A DNA stretch of 64,000 nt from Podarcis gaigeae (lineage: Eukaryota): the NCBI GenBank assembly GCA_964106915.2, contig OZ066915.1; one strand, 5' to 3'. The position numbers and the translations under genes are program-made. The notes beneath the pieces were generated by a model. The model worked only from the letters and a program-made list of their open reading frames with translations, did no database searches and was not told where the DNA came from. Each line of letters opens with the position of its first letter. The stretch's first letter is position 1. Shown here in pieces: positions 37,016 to 48,216 of the stretch.

Positions 37016-40000
37016 CTCTTTCTTGTTGTTATCAAATGAGTCTCACCAACTTGGGAAACTACTAGTGACACTCCTGAAGATGAATTAGTGAGATTTATGC
37101 CACAGTATACCAGGGAGCAAAATTGGACTACATAGTGCCGGAGGGGGCCTCCAGGAGCACAGATAATTAGATGGCTTCCCAAATAAAGGAGAGACCTTCA
37201 ATAGTCATGTCATGATCGGTGTCATAGAATGAATTTCAGGGCGCAACCACCTCCTAAAGCTTTTAAACTCTTTAAACTGTCCATGTTTCCATTTTGTAGC
37301 AAATAGGAGATGAAAACAGATATTATAAGTAAGAATAAACACACTCGATAGGAGTTTTAATCTAGCATCTGGTTACCTGAATATTAAGCACTTAATCCCT
37401 TTAGATATATACTAGTACTAGTATAGTCCCCTATCAGTCTGAGGATTGTTAAAGCACGTGAAAGGGAAAGTTTCCCCAAAGGTGCATACAGCTTGCCCCA
37501 TTTTCAGATTTGCTTTCCTGCTCTCACTAAAAAAAAATTCCCCTCCCCCAGAAAGAGGTTGATTCCAGTGTCAGTCATTGCTTTAGGAGCTGGGCTGGCA
37601 TGCTGCCCACGGTTGAGACAGACTTCATATCCCCAGACTTCATATCCCCAAGTTTTGAGGGGGAGATGTATGAACTTCCTTTCTGACTTTACTAACAGTC
37701 AGGGTGTTTTGGAATATGTGAGCATTAAATTTCAGCTTTCTGTATGTTCAGTGGCATTTTGGGTATGTCCTTCAGTTGAGGTATCAAATGAGGTCCTATC
37801 CATTTTTATATATAGATATCCCAGTGCTTGTTTAAGTCTGGTTTGTTGTTTTTTTAAAAAAGAAAATTAGTTCCCCTCTAATTTTTCAGGAATTTCAGGT
37901 TTATTCTTACTTGTCTTCACCTTTGTAATTCAGGCATTTCCAGAATCTGAGACTCTTCTGAAAGTGGAGGTATTTAAGTTTGGCTTATCTTCAAGCACAC
38001 ATAATTGTCACAGTGACTTTTCTTGCAGGGAAGAATAGTATGAGCGCTCTGATCAGTGACTTAAAGCTCTTGGTTCTGCAACTAATGGTGTTTACTTTGA
38101 TCTAGTTAAAGTAAACTGCTTGCAAGGTGTTTGAGATGCTATCACTGTACTCCCATGTGGCAAGGTCTTTGTATTGCAGCAGGATTCCTGCCTTTTGTGA
38201 GTTATCAATCAGTGCATAGCTTTCATCACTCAGTGCCAAGCAGGTCAAACAGAGGAGTTCACATCTGTGTCTTGCTGACCAGTGAGTGTTTTCTAATGGT
38301 CCTTTCACTGGTGATATATTGCCAAACAGGCCAGCAGCTCAGAACGGCAGTGGGGATTTATTGGGCTGAATCTCTTGTTGCCCATTGAAGTTTATGTGTG
38401 TATTGGCTATGGGGCCACCTTGTTTCATAGTTCATGAAGGGCTATCCAGCAGGAGACAGTATCATTTCAACATAGATTTAATGGCCCAGTGACTAAAGGA
38501 TTACATGTACATCTCTGTTCCCTACTTACCAGGGTCCAGTAGTTCTTCATTGGGATGTAATTTGCATATATTCTGTCCAGTGTAGGAAATATGGACAGAA
38601 TATATTGATATTAGGTGCTAATTTTATTCCAGGTCCAAAGCCCAGAGTTTTGCACAATGCAAACACACCTGTGGTTTAGATTCATACACACGCTACAGCA
38701 GGAGGGAAATTATAGGTCTTGAGGACATAGACAGGACAGTTATGCAAAACTAGGAAGTATCAGAAGATCCGTTGTCATTTCTTACCTGTTGGCAAATGTT
38801 ATTCATGTTTTCAAACTGGCTTCAAACTAGCATTAGAATTAATCATATTTTGATTTTGTTTTTCATCAAAATGACTTCGTGTACCAGTTTGGGGTAAGCG
38901 ATGCTTAGAATAGAATGCAGTCAAAGTTAAGGTATCCACATCCCATTTGGGATGGAAAAAGGATTGGAGCAGCTAATTCCCTTTGATTATTTAGCTTAAA
39001 CTAGATTAAATTACTTTTGTTGCAGCTGCTGTTTGTATTTGTCTGTGTTTTGATTTGTGTGCCCACAGTGGGAACAGAGTGGAACGGAGAAACGATGCAC
39101 ACAGAGCTGGAAAGAAAACAGGCTGCAGCTTCATTATAAATGTGTACAATTGCTTGAAATAGATGGCAGGAACCAGAGACTGACAGTACTCAGGCCCGTG
39201 GTTCGGTTTAACTTTTCAGCTGGAAGGAGAATGGCACCAGGATGATGGCTTCTGCCCATAAACAAATTATTGAGGCTCAAACTGGCCATGACTTTAAACA
39301 CATGGTTTTAAACTGTGCTCAGACTAGCCATGCCTCTCTGTTTGCAAAAAGGTCCCTGATCCTTATCAGGGCCATGAAGTGGTGGGAAGATGGCTTACTT
39401 CTTATCCCATGCCATTTTCTTACCAAAATCAATACCCTCTGAAAATGCTCTTACTCATAACTTCTAAAAATGTGGGGAAATAACAGTTGGGGAGAAGGAA
39501 GTTATCAGCAGGAGAATGCCCCAAATTGTTAGCCCTCATCCCGTGCAACATCTTCCACTACTTTTTGCTTTTTTGTAGACAAGATGTGACCAGTCCAAGC
39601 ACCTTCTTAGATCATGTGCTTAAAGCCCCATCTAGCTAGTTCTTGAGAGGGTAATTGCTTTCAACTCTGTCAGTCACAGAATGTATTTGTGTGCTAAAAA
39701 CCACTAACTCCTATCCGGCTTCCCCATCTCTTTCCAAGCCTCTTCCTTAATGTAAAACCTTCTGTGTAACAACATAGGCAGTGCTTATATTCACCACTCC
39801 TCTTAGGTATATTACCCCGGCCACACCCTTCACTGGCCCTGCTTTGCATCCTCCTCAAGTATGTATGTCTGACTAGATTAGAACATATCCCTGATAATGC
39901 AGCTTGCTTGCCTGGATGGGAATAGAGAGGAATGTGCATAAAAGATAGTCTATTGTACAAAGGCAAGCTTGACATTTATTGTTCTGTTCACTTTGGTTTC

Positions 40001-41265
40001 TGGTCCTGCCCAGCATTGGCATATGCCCCCCTGAAGGTTGCCTAGAAGGGAATGTGACCTGACCTAGCATGTTGGAAAGCCACTTTGGTCAAGTCGTGTT
40101 CTGTTTTATCCTAAACCCTAATCAAGTACCAAAACTGCACCACTGCAGTCCTAATTCTGCTTCTGTTGAACATCTAAGGGCCAAACTAGATGTAACATTG
40201 CACGCATCTTTTCATTTAATATGTACATTTTAGAAATTAAAATATCATCTGAGGGGGGGCTTCCTGTATATTTTCGGGATCATGGAAGGCAAGGGTGTGA
40301 AATTTAACATATTCCTCCACTGCATTCATGATAACCATTTTGCTGAAGCTGCTATTTGCATTGGAAAGCAATTCTCCATTGGATCCAGGGTGACAGCCGG
40401 GGGGGGGGGGGAGTTCCCTCCCAATACAAATTGTGATCATTATCAACTAGCCTTTCCTATTTGCATTTAAAAAAATAATAATGTGCAGAGATGTCTAATT
40501 TGGCTCATTTGCTTTGAGGAGTTACATAAGGTGACACGACCACAACATTTTGCCCCCATGAGTTGGAGTGGCCCATGCAATGTTTCTTGTTAAGGTCTTT
40601 CAGATTGCAGATGTTCATGTTTTTATGATCTGTTGCTTTGCTAACTGTTGGTCTGCCTCACATTCAATTTTAATGAACAGCAAAGCAAGGAAAACTTTAA
40701 GAATGAGGGGGAGAAACAAGTGACCTCGCTTTATATTCAAATGCTTCCAATTAAGGGGTCTGTTATCTTACCCAAGATAACTGGAAAAGGATACTCAAAA
40801 TACTACCTTGTGTAAATACAGCTATTGCCTGCATTATATCACCAGGAGTTCTCAACACATCTGGAACGAAAGTAGTTCCAGTAACATTAAAGCATCCTAT
40901 TTTGGTTGGCACGCAGATGCTGTGGTATATGCCAGTCAGTAATGGGTTTTGGAAACAAGCTGCTCTAAAACTCTCCTGAACTATTCTCCTGGGAAATTAT
41001 TCTATTAAATACAACTAAAATTAATGCTTGTGTGTTTTGTTTGAATAAAACAAAATAAGCAGCTGGAAAAGAAAATCCCTGGTGCATGTTGGAGAGCAAG
41101 GGCTCCAGTTAATATTCATGGATTCTGAGCTCAGTTCTTGCCCCACTACACTTTCCACCAAGTACTCATTCTAAGTGATGATTATTGCTGTAACTGATGG
41201 TGCGTAGTTATTCTTTCTTCATTCTCTGGAATAATTTTGCAAATATAAATAATTTCTTTAGTTTC

Positions 41266-41415
41266 AGGGTAGAGAACCTGTGGCCTTCGATATGTTACTG
41301 TACTTCAGTTCCCATCACTCCTGACCATTGACTATACAAGCCAAGGTTGATGGGAGGTGGAGGTTTTTAAGCAGAGGTTGGATGGCCATCTGTCATGGAT
41401 GCTTTAGCTGAGATG
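41266..41415. mobile_element. Partial hAT MITE fused to a CR1 3' fragment
   Basis: 'cagggtagagaacctgtggcc…ttcccatcactcctgacc…gatgggag' runs into 'gtggaggtttttaagcagaggttggatggccatctgtc'. Confidence 0.6.
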
Positions 41416-41446
41416 TAGTTGAACAAAATGTTCAGGGCGATATTCG

Positions 41447-41476
41447 TTCATTCATTCATTCATTCATTCATTCATT
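41447..41476. repeat. (TTCA)n microsatellite, probably the tail of a minus-strand L2-like fragment
   Basis: Read directly; followed by 'tttgtatacc…agggtggttcaca'. Confidence 0.85.
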
Positions 41477-41639
41477 TGTAGATTTGTATACCAAAAATCC
41501 TAGGGTGGTTCACAACGTAAAAATACAAAAGGAGAACACAAAATACATAATGGAAACAAGAACAAAAACAAAAACAAATGAACAACCCCCTTTCCACAAA
41601 CATTTTATTATTTGCTAAATTTAGTAAATAGTCAGATGG

Positions 41640-42140
41640 AGAATAAAATCAAGGAGACATTCAAAAGAGGAAATGTTGTAGTAACAGGTGACTTCAATTA
41701 CCCTCACACAGACTGAGTGCATATGTGCTCCAGTCATGAAGAAAAGATAAAATTTCAAGATACCCTAAATGACTGTGCCCTAGAATAGTTGGTCACGGAG
41801 GTTACCAGAAGGGCAATAACCCTGGGCTTAATCTTAAGCAGTTCTTGGGATCTGGTGCATGATTAAATGTTGTTGAGCAGACTGGGAATAGGGACCATAG
41901 TGCTATCAAATTCAATATATATGTAAAGGGACAGTTGCCAAGAAAACCTAACACACACATTTGACTTGAAAAGAGGAAACTTAGCCATTACCAAGATGTT
42001 CTACCCCTCCACTGTCAGAGACAGTATGCCTCTGAATACCAGTTGCTGGGAATCACAATGGGGGAGAGAGCTGTTGCACTCATGTTGGATACTGAGCCAG
42101 GTGGGCCTTTGGCCTAATCTAGCAAGGTCGTTCTCATGAT
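41640..42140 (+). mobile_element. CR1 endonuclease-domain fragment plus 3' fragment
   Basis: GNVVVTGDFNYP and GNRDHSAIKF remnants (APE GDFN and SDH motifs); CR1-type 3' UTR sequence after about 41985. Confidence 0.75.
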
Positions 42141-43084
42141 GTCAAGACCATTGCCTCTAAGCATTTGCTGAGGAAAGCAAAGTTTATATCAGCACAACTT
42201 GCTTCCGTTTGTTATTATTTGAGACTAGCTCTTGTGTAAAGGGCTGCTTATAGGTTGCTTCCTCTTAGACATTTATGAAACTTTCCCATTATTTGGGCAT
42301 AGGTGAGAATTTATGGCTTTCATTTGCTTTGGGTTTTAAATTTTTCTTTGGGCTTTAGATTCCATTTGGTGCTCAGGATTAAAGCGCTCTGCTTCGCATG
42401 TGCACATTGGCCACAATCTTTTTCATCACTGGCATGATACACAATGTTTGCTTTCTTCTGTTGAGCATAATGTTGCGTTGTTTTGAAGTGTGTAGCCTGG
42501 TGTTTTGCGTGATTCATTTCCTTGGCATTTCACTCTAAGGTGCTCCCTTGGATGGTGGCAGTGGCTTATGGAGACTGGGTTGCCTCCAGATTAAGCTTCG
42601 TCATACTGTAATGTTCTTGGTATGATATGAAATGTTCTGGGCTTCAGGTTTTGAGATGTTTTTCTTCAACCCGGTTCCAGTATACATACATTTGCCATGT
42701 CCCATGACTAATTTTGTGGTGTATATTTTACAGATATACATTACTCTGTTGATATAGATCTATTTGGAGAAGCTGGGTTTTACACGGTGTACCTCCAGAA
42801 TAAATATAAGGGATTTGAGTGAGGAAGCTACTGGGAGGCTTCCAGGCATCCTGATTCCAGCTAGCCAATGCCATCCATGCAGAGGCTGGCTGCATTGTCA
42901 CTCATTGGTTTGCCAGCCAATTTATTTGTGTACTCCATCATAACCAAAATGGTAGGTGTGGGGTGTTCTTCTCCTGCCACTATACTAGTAAAATGAACCC
43001 CTGGTACTAATGTAGTCTTAATCTCTTTCACATGCTCATCTGTTTCTCAGTCCACATCACCCAGACCTGCAATTTGTCTATATT

Positions 43085-43200
43085 AGGATGGGGAACCTGC
43101 TGAACTACAATGCCCAACAGCCCTCCAGCCAGCCTGGTCAAGGCTGAAGGGAGAGTTGGTCAAACAATATGTGGATGGCCAAAGGTTTCCCACACCTGCC
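43085..43200. mobile_element. Degenerate short hAT-type MITE
   Basis: 'ggatggggaacct … aggtttcccacacctg' inverted ends. Confidence 0.55.
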
Positions 43201-46200
43201 TCTATACATACTCTCTGCTTGTCTCATGTGATCTTTTTGTCTCTCAGGTATCTCTCCCTCAGTCTTGCCTCCCTCTGTGCAGATTCACATCTCTAACCGC
43301 CTGACTTTTTAAAATATTTTTTCCCCATCGTTTTCCATCACAGATGACATCTTCTTGCTCTTCCAGGACGTTTATTCATTTCTTTTTATAATTTATAGTC
43401 CCTTCTTCATGAAACAGAGGCAGTTTCTAATAATGAGAATAATGCACTTTAGCCACACAACAAAAATCAAATCAGTCCATTAGAATTGGCTAACATTACA
43501 GGTGAGAGGAAGGAAATCTGTGACAGTTTTCTCAAACAAGAATATCCTAGTTCCTCACCAGACTTGCTACTATGTACCTGCTTGTCACCAGTGCCCATCT
43601 TCTTCTACTTCTGCTGCCACCTCCCGCAGCTCAGTATGCATAGCAGCAAATCATATGCGAGACCTAGATCCAGCTGTTCCTCCACAGCTGCTGCCATCTC
43701 CAGATGGAGAAAACTTAAAGGGTTCTGCAGAAGCAATGAGAGGCTCACCCAACCCTGATACAGCATGCCAGCCAGATGGTGGAAGGTCATGTTGAACTTG
43801 GTCCTCCTCCTCCATACAGAACTTCAGAAGAGTGACTAATTTCAGCCCCCCATGTTATGTCAAAGCGTGGTTTCTGAGGTTCTGGGGCAATAACGTTTAC
43901 CTGCAGGAGGTGGCAGCAGCAGTAGAAGAAGAAGATGGGAGCAGTGGCATTCTTTGCCTCTGTTACCTGTTATGTCTAGTGCTGAGGGCAGTGCCATGCC
44001 CTGCTTTTGTCCACTATCATTCCTTCCCTTTGGAACAATGTGTGTTTGCCTGCACTTAAATCATAGGTGCCATCTCTTCGGGTGCCTGGGCTCCCACAAA
44101 ATGTTAGTTATGTGTGCCCGTGGGTGCCCAGCCTCCGCCTCTGCCTCCTCCGCAGCTGCCACCATGCACTGCTGCCACTGCACACCGGGTGCAACCACCA
44201 ATTATCTTACCTCTTTCACTCTTGCACAGCCACTGGACCTGGGCTTCTGCCTCTGCCACAAGGCCCTGATCCAGTCCCCACCGCGGTGCAGGCCCTGGTC
44301 CAGTCCCCACCATGACGCCAGAATGCAAGAGGTAAGGCAGCAGCTGTGGCACCCGATGTGCAGTGGCAGCGGTGCGTCACATTGTAACATCATAAAGTCT
44401 GAATGAGAGCCTGGCTTGGAACCTCACAAATGGAAGAAAGGCTGAACTGAAATAAAGGAAATCCTTCTCTCCTATAGTCTTATTAATCTGTAGCTAAGAT
44501 GCAATTGTACCCAGCGCTGCTGCTAAATCCATTCCCCTCTGCATTTTGCAAGTGCAGTTTGTATTTGGCTTACTCAGTGGGCAAGAACTGTGAAGCCTGT
44601 TCTTTAAGGCAGCTGCCAAATCCAAGTAAGGCTTTTACATATTTTAAATAAATCAGAAAATCAATTAGTACAAATACGAGGAGGTTATATGGCAAGCAGC
44701 CTGCTTTTCTTCTGAGTACTATAAGAATCCCGCCATGCTTGGGACTCTGTGTGTGGTTCAGAAGTATAAAAACTCTCAAGCCTCTTGGGAGAGGGCACAC
44801 CTGAGTAGCACACAGACAGAAACTCTGATTCAGGATGGGATGTAACCAAGTAAATCTTCCTTCTCCCGTGGGGGTGGAGAGAAGGAGCATTTTACTTGCT
44901 ACAGAACAAAAATGTTATTTTCTTAAGCTGAGCAGTTTCCAGTTTTCCTTCTTCATTGCCCATCTGCCCTGAATTTCACAGAGTTCTCTTTCCCTCTCTA
45001 CCCATTTCCCCCTCCAAATTCTTTCCTGGTGAATTCATGTTAAAGAAGAGTGATGGAAGGGAAGGCTGTTTATTTTCCTTTTTCTTAACATTTTGTAATG
45101 TCCTGGGTTCCTGATCGATGCCTCACACAGACTGCATATTTTGGGCTCATAAAGATTAGGGACTTCCAGGCTTGGTCTACCTGGAAACCACAGTGGCGCC
45201 TTGCCATGAATGACAGCTTTCCTATACAATGTATAGTATACATGGAACACTCAGGAATTCAGTACACTTCACATAATCTCAGCAGTCCTTGCTACACCCC
45301 TGTAAGGTACAGCAGTATTTCCCCTCTCTATTACTGATGGTAGGGCTTAACACCAAGAAGAATGTTAGCTTGCCCAAGATTATCTAGTGGATTTGTGGAT
45401 GAGGCTAGCAGGCAACTCACAGCTCACACTCTTGGCTACTGAAATACAATAAAGTACAATATCATTTGTAAGGTTGTTATTCCAAATGTAAACCATCCCC
45501 ATAGATGTAACTGTTTATAAAGTGAAGTGTTTATAATGTACAAACTACAGGGGTAGTTTAAGCAGTGAGATCTTGCAAGTACTGTGGTTGCTCAAGAAAA
45601 TGCTGTACAATTCCTCTTTTTTATTGACTGTAAATGGACTCAAAGTGAGACATGGTCAATTTATACGCGGCAGTTGTTCTTTCTGGAAACAGTTTTCTGC
45701 TTTGTGCTCCAGAAGCCAGAAAAACATAATTCAAAGACAGTGACACTATTTTTTGTTTTAAAAACTACTTTAATGTGACTGTGTAACTTGTGAAAGTCAT
45801 CAGTTTTGAATTTTCATCGTTTGAACTGAGCAAAGGTACTAGTAGAAACTTTTCCTCATAAATTACTTCATAACCTACCACCTGTCAGTTGGCCTCACCC
45901 CTGCCACACTGACTGTATATGTGAAGACGGGATTGAATTTACTAAAACGTTGACCTAATATCCAAGAGCAGGAGGCTTGCAACTGGAAGACAACATGTTG
46001 AAACTTCACTCAGATGTTGGCAGCTTGCTAATTTTTGTACTGCTTAATAATTTTCCTTGTTTTTTCACTTTGAATCCACTGCGAGGTCTGTGATGGAAAC
46101 CACCCATTCTGTAAGGAGCTGTTTTATACAGAGTCACCCTTGTGAACCTGATGAGTTTTCAGTGGATGTATGGCATCCTTAGGAGATGCTTTTCTCTGCC

Positions 46201-47343
46201 GTTATCTATGATCTCTTCACCTGGATATGCCATCTCTGAAGAAACTGGAATGTTAAACTCTTTCTCTACATATTTTTATGTTCTTATGCTTCTCAGTGCA
46301 AGTGGGACCTGTGCTAAGTGTGGAGTGCCAGGATGCCAGGCAGCTGTTCCTTCTTTCCCCTCTCATTTCACTTTATCCCTCTTCCCTACAATGTTCCATT
46401 CTGCCCCCTGCCTTCCTTCAGCAGTCAGCCAGCATTCTGTGTCCACTGAACATGCTCAGTCTCTCCCACTCCCCTGCACCCCCCATTTTGGGGGAATACA
46501 TGTGAATCCAGATTTGGAGAGTGGAGTTTGCTATTTACATAGATCAATACCTGCACCTTGAATCTCAGCTGGAATCAAATAAGCAAGTAAATGTTTTTTT
46601 TAAATGCCAAAGTGCAGTTAGCACTTGCTTATAGTCATGATGTCATTATTTGTGCTGAAAAATGGAATATTGGTGAGAAGAGGCACAGCTGTAAGAGAGA
46701 TATTCTATAAGGAAGCTGTTTAAACAGGATCATGCTTCAGTTTTTATTCTCAATTATAACTGAGCCTTAGAAATTGTATTTATACCAATATGCAAAGGTG
46801 CAAATATTTTCCATTTGCAGGTTTGGACAAAATCTGTGGGGCAATAGAGTGCAGTGCAAATAGCATGAGGGCTGAATGTGTGGGACCAGTTTCTAATCTC
46901 TGGTCATTTGCAGGTAGCTTTGGGGTGATCCTTGCCCATTGCAAAAGTGGAGGTTCTGTGCAGCCACTCCAAACAGCCCAGATAAAATTTTCACCCTTCT
47001 TCTGGTCTAAATTTATAAAGCATTTTGTTCTAACTACTAACCATGCGCCAAGGAACAGATGTGTCTGCACATTCTTAATCCGTTATGCTAGCTAAGTGCA
47101 GCATCCACATGGGCTACACCTACCGAGATGCTTTTGGGTGGCTTCTGCTTGGCTTCTGTCACATTTAAAACAGCCATCTGTCTAACCTTCCTCAGAGGGC
47201 TGCCATGCCAATAAGTTAGATCAAAGCTGCAGAGCTCTTGGTTGCTGGAAGGGTGCCATAAAATGATGACATTGCATTTGTTTGGGTGTGATGGTGGAAA
47301 ACCTGGATATTAATACTATATAACGATATCTCTTTTTTAATAG

Positions 47344-47445
47344 AAATCATCGACGATATCACCAATTTAGTAGAAAATACCGACAACAAGCTGCGCAACC
47401 AAACCAAGCGTGTAATGACAGTGGACAGAAAATCATCTTCTTGTG
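47344..47445 (+). CDS. STX8: Syntaxin-8 coding exon (human exon 7 equivalent), C-half of SNARE motif (E)IIDDITNLVENTDNKLRNQTKRVMTVDRKSSSC(G)
   Basis: TTTTTTAATAG acceptor ending 47343; GTAAGA donor at 47446; 102 nt, phase 1-1; in frame with the previous exon across a 33.9-kb intron. Confidence 0.96.
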
Positions 47446-47834
47446 GTAAGATATGGTTTGACTTAAAAGTCTACTTTTTAAATATTTATTTTAAAAAAAT
47501 AGCTGCCATTTTGTAGCTTCTAATTATTGGCCTGAAGCAGTCTAAATAATTTTTCACTGTCATCTTGTAATGGTTAATGGCAGTTAATTAAGCACGGTTT
47601 AAGCAGCTACTGCTTTTGAGAGAGTGAGGAGAGAAAAGAAGACATGATAGAAGAGGAGTAAAATTAGTATCCTCATATAGAGAAGGGGAGTTATTTGTAG
47701 AAGTGATTCCATTTGGTAAAATGTCTGTGCCTACAGATACCCTACAAAGCAGAGAGTTCTCTTATGTGAAGGCCACCAATGTTGCAATTTGTGTTTCTAC
47801 TATTGCACTTTCCATATTGTCAAACATAATAAAC

Positions 47835-47970
47835 CAGGCATAGGTAAACTCCGGCCCGCCAGATATTTGGGACTACAATTCCCATCATCCCTGACCACTG
47901 GTCGTGTTAGCTAGGGATGATGGGAATTATAGTCCCAAACATCTGGAAGGCCGGAGTTTGCCTATGCCTG
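47835..47970. mobile_element. Intact 136-bp palindromic hAT MITE
   Basis: TIR CAGGCATAGG(T/C)AAACTCCGGCC; perfect 8-bp TSD TAATAAAC (47827-47834 / 47971-47978). Confidence 0.95.
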
Positions 47971-48095
47971 TAATAAACTGTATGTTGCCAGTTAAGCCAC
48001 GTGTGTACATAATTGTAAATCTTTATTTTCTTGGCACATGATAGGTATAGGATATTTAGCACCATTTCGTTTCCATATAATACATTGGTTTAGTG

Positions 48096-48216
48096 CAGGG
48101 TTTCCCAAACTTGGGCCCCAAGCTGTTTTTGCACTACAATTCCCATCATCCCTGACCACTGGGATGATGGGAATTGTAGTGCAAAAACAGCTGGGGACCC
48201 AAATTTGGAAACCCTG
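48096..48216. mobile_element. Intact 121-bp palindromic hAT MITE
   Basis: TIR CAGGGTTTCC; perfect 8-bp TSD GTTTAGTG (48088-48095 / 48217-48224). Confidence 0.95.

Noticed and set aside
37620-37649. 15-bp direct duplication AGACTTCATATCCCC (a similar short duplication occurs at 30536-30592)
   Set aside because: An ordinary slippage duplication with no further structure.
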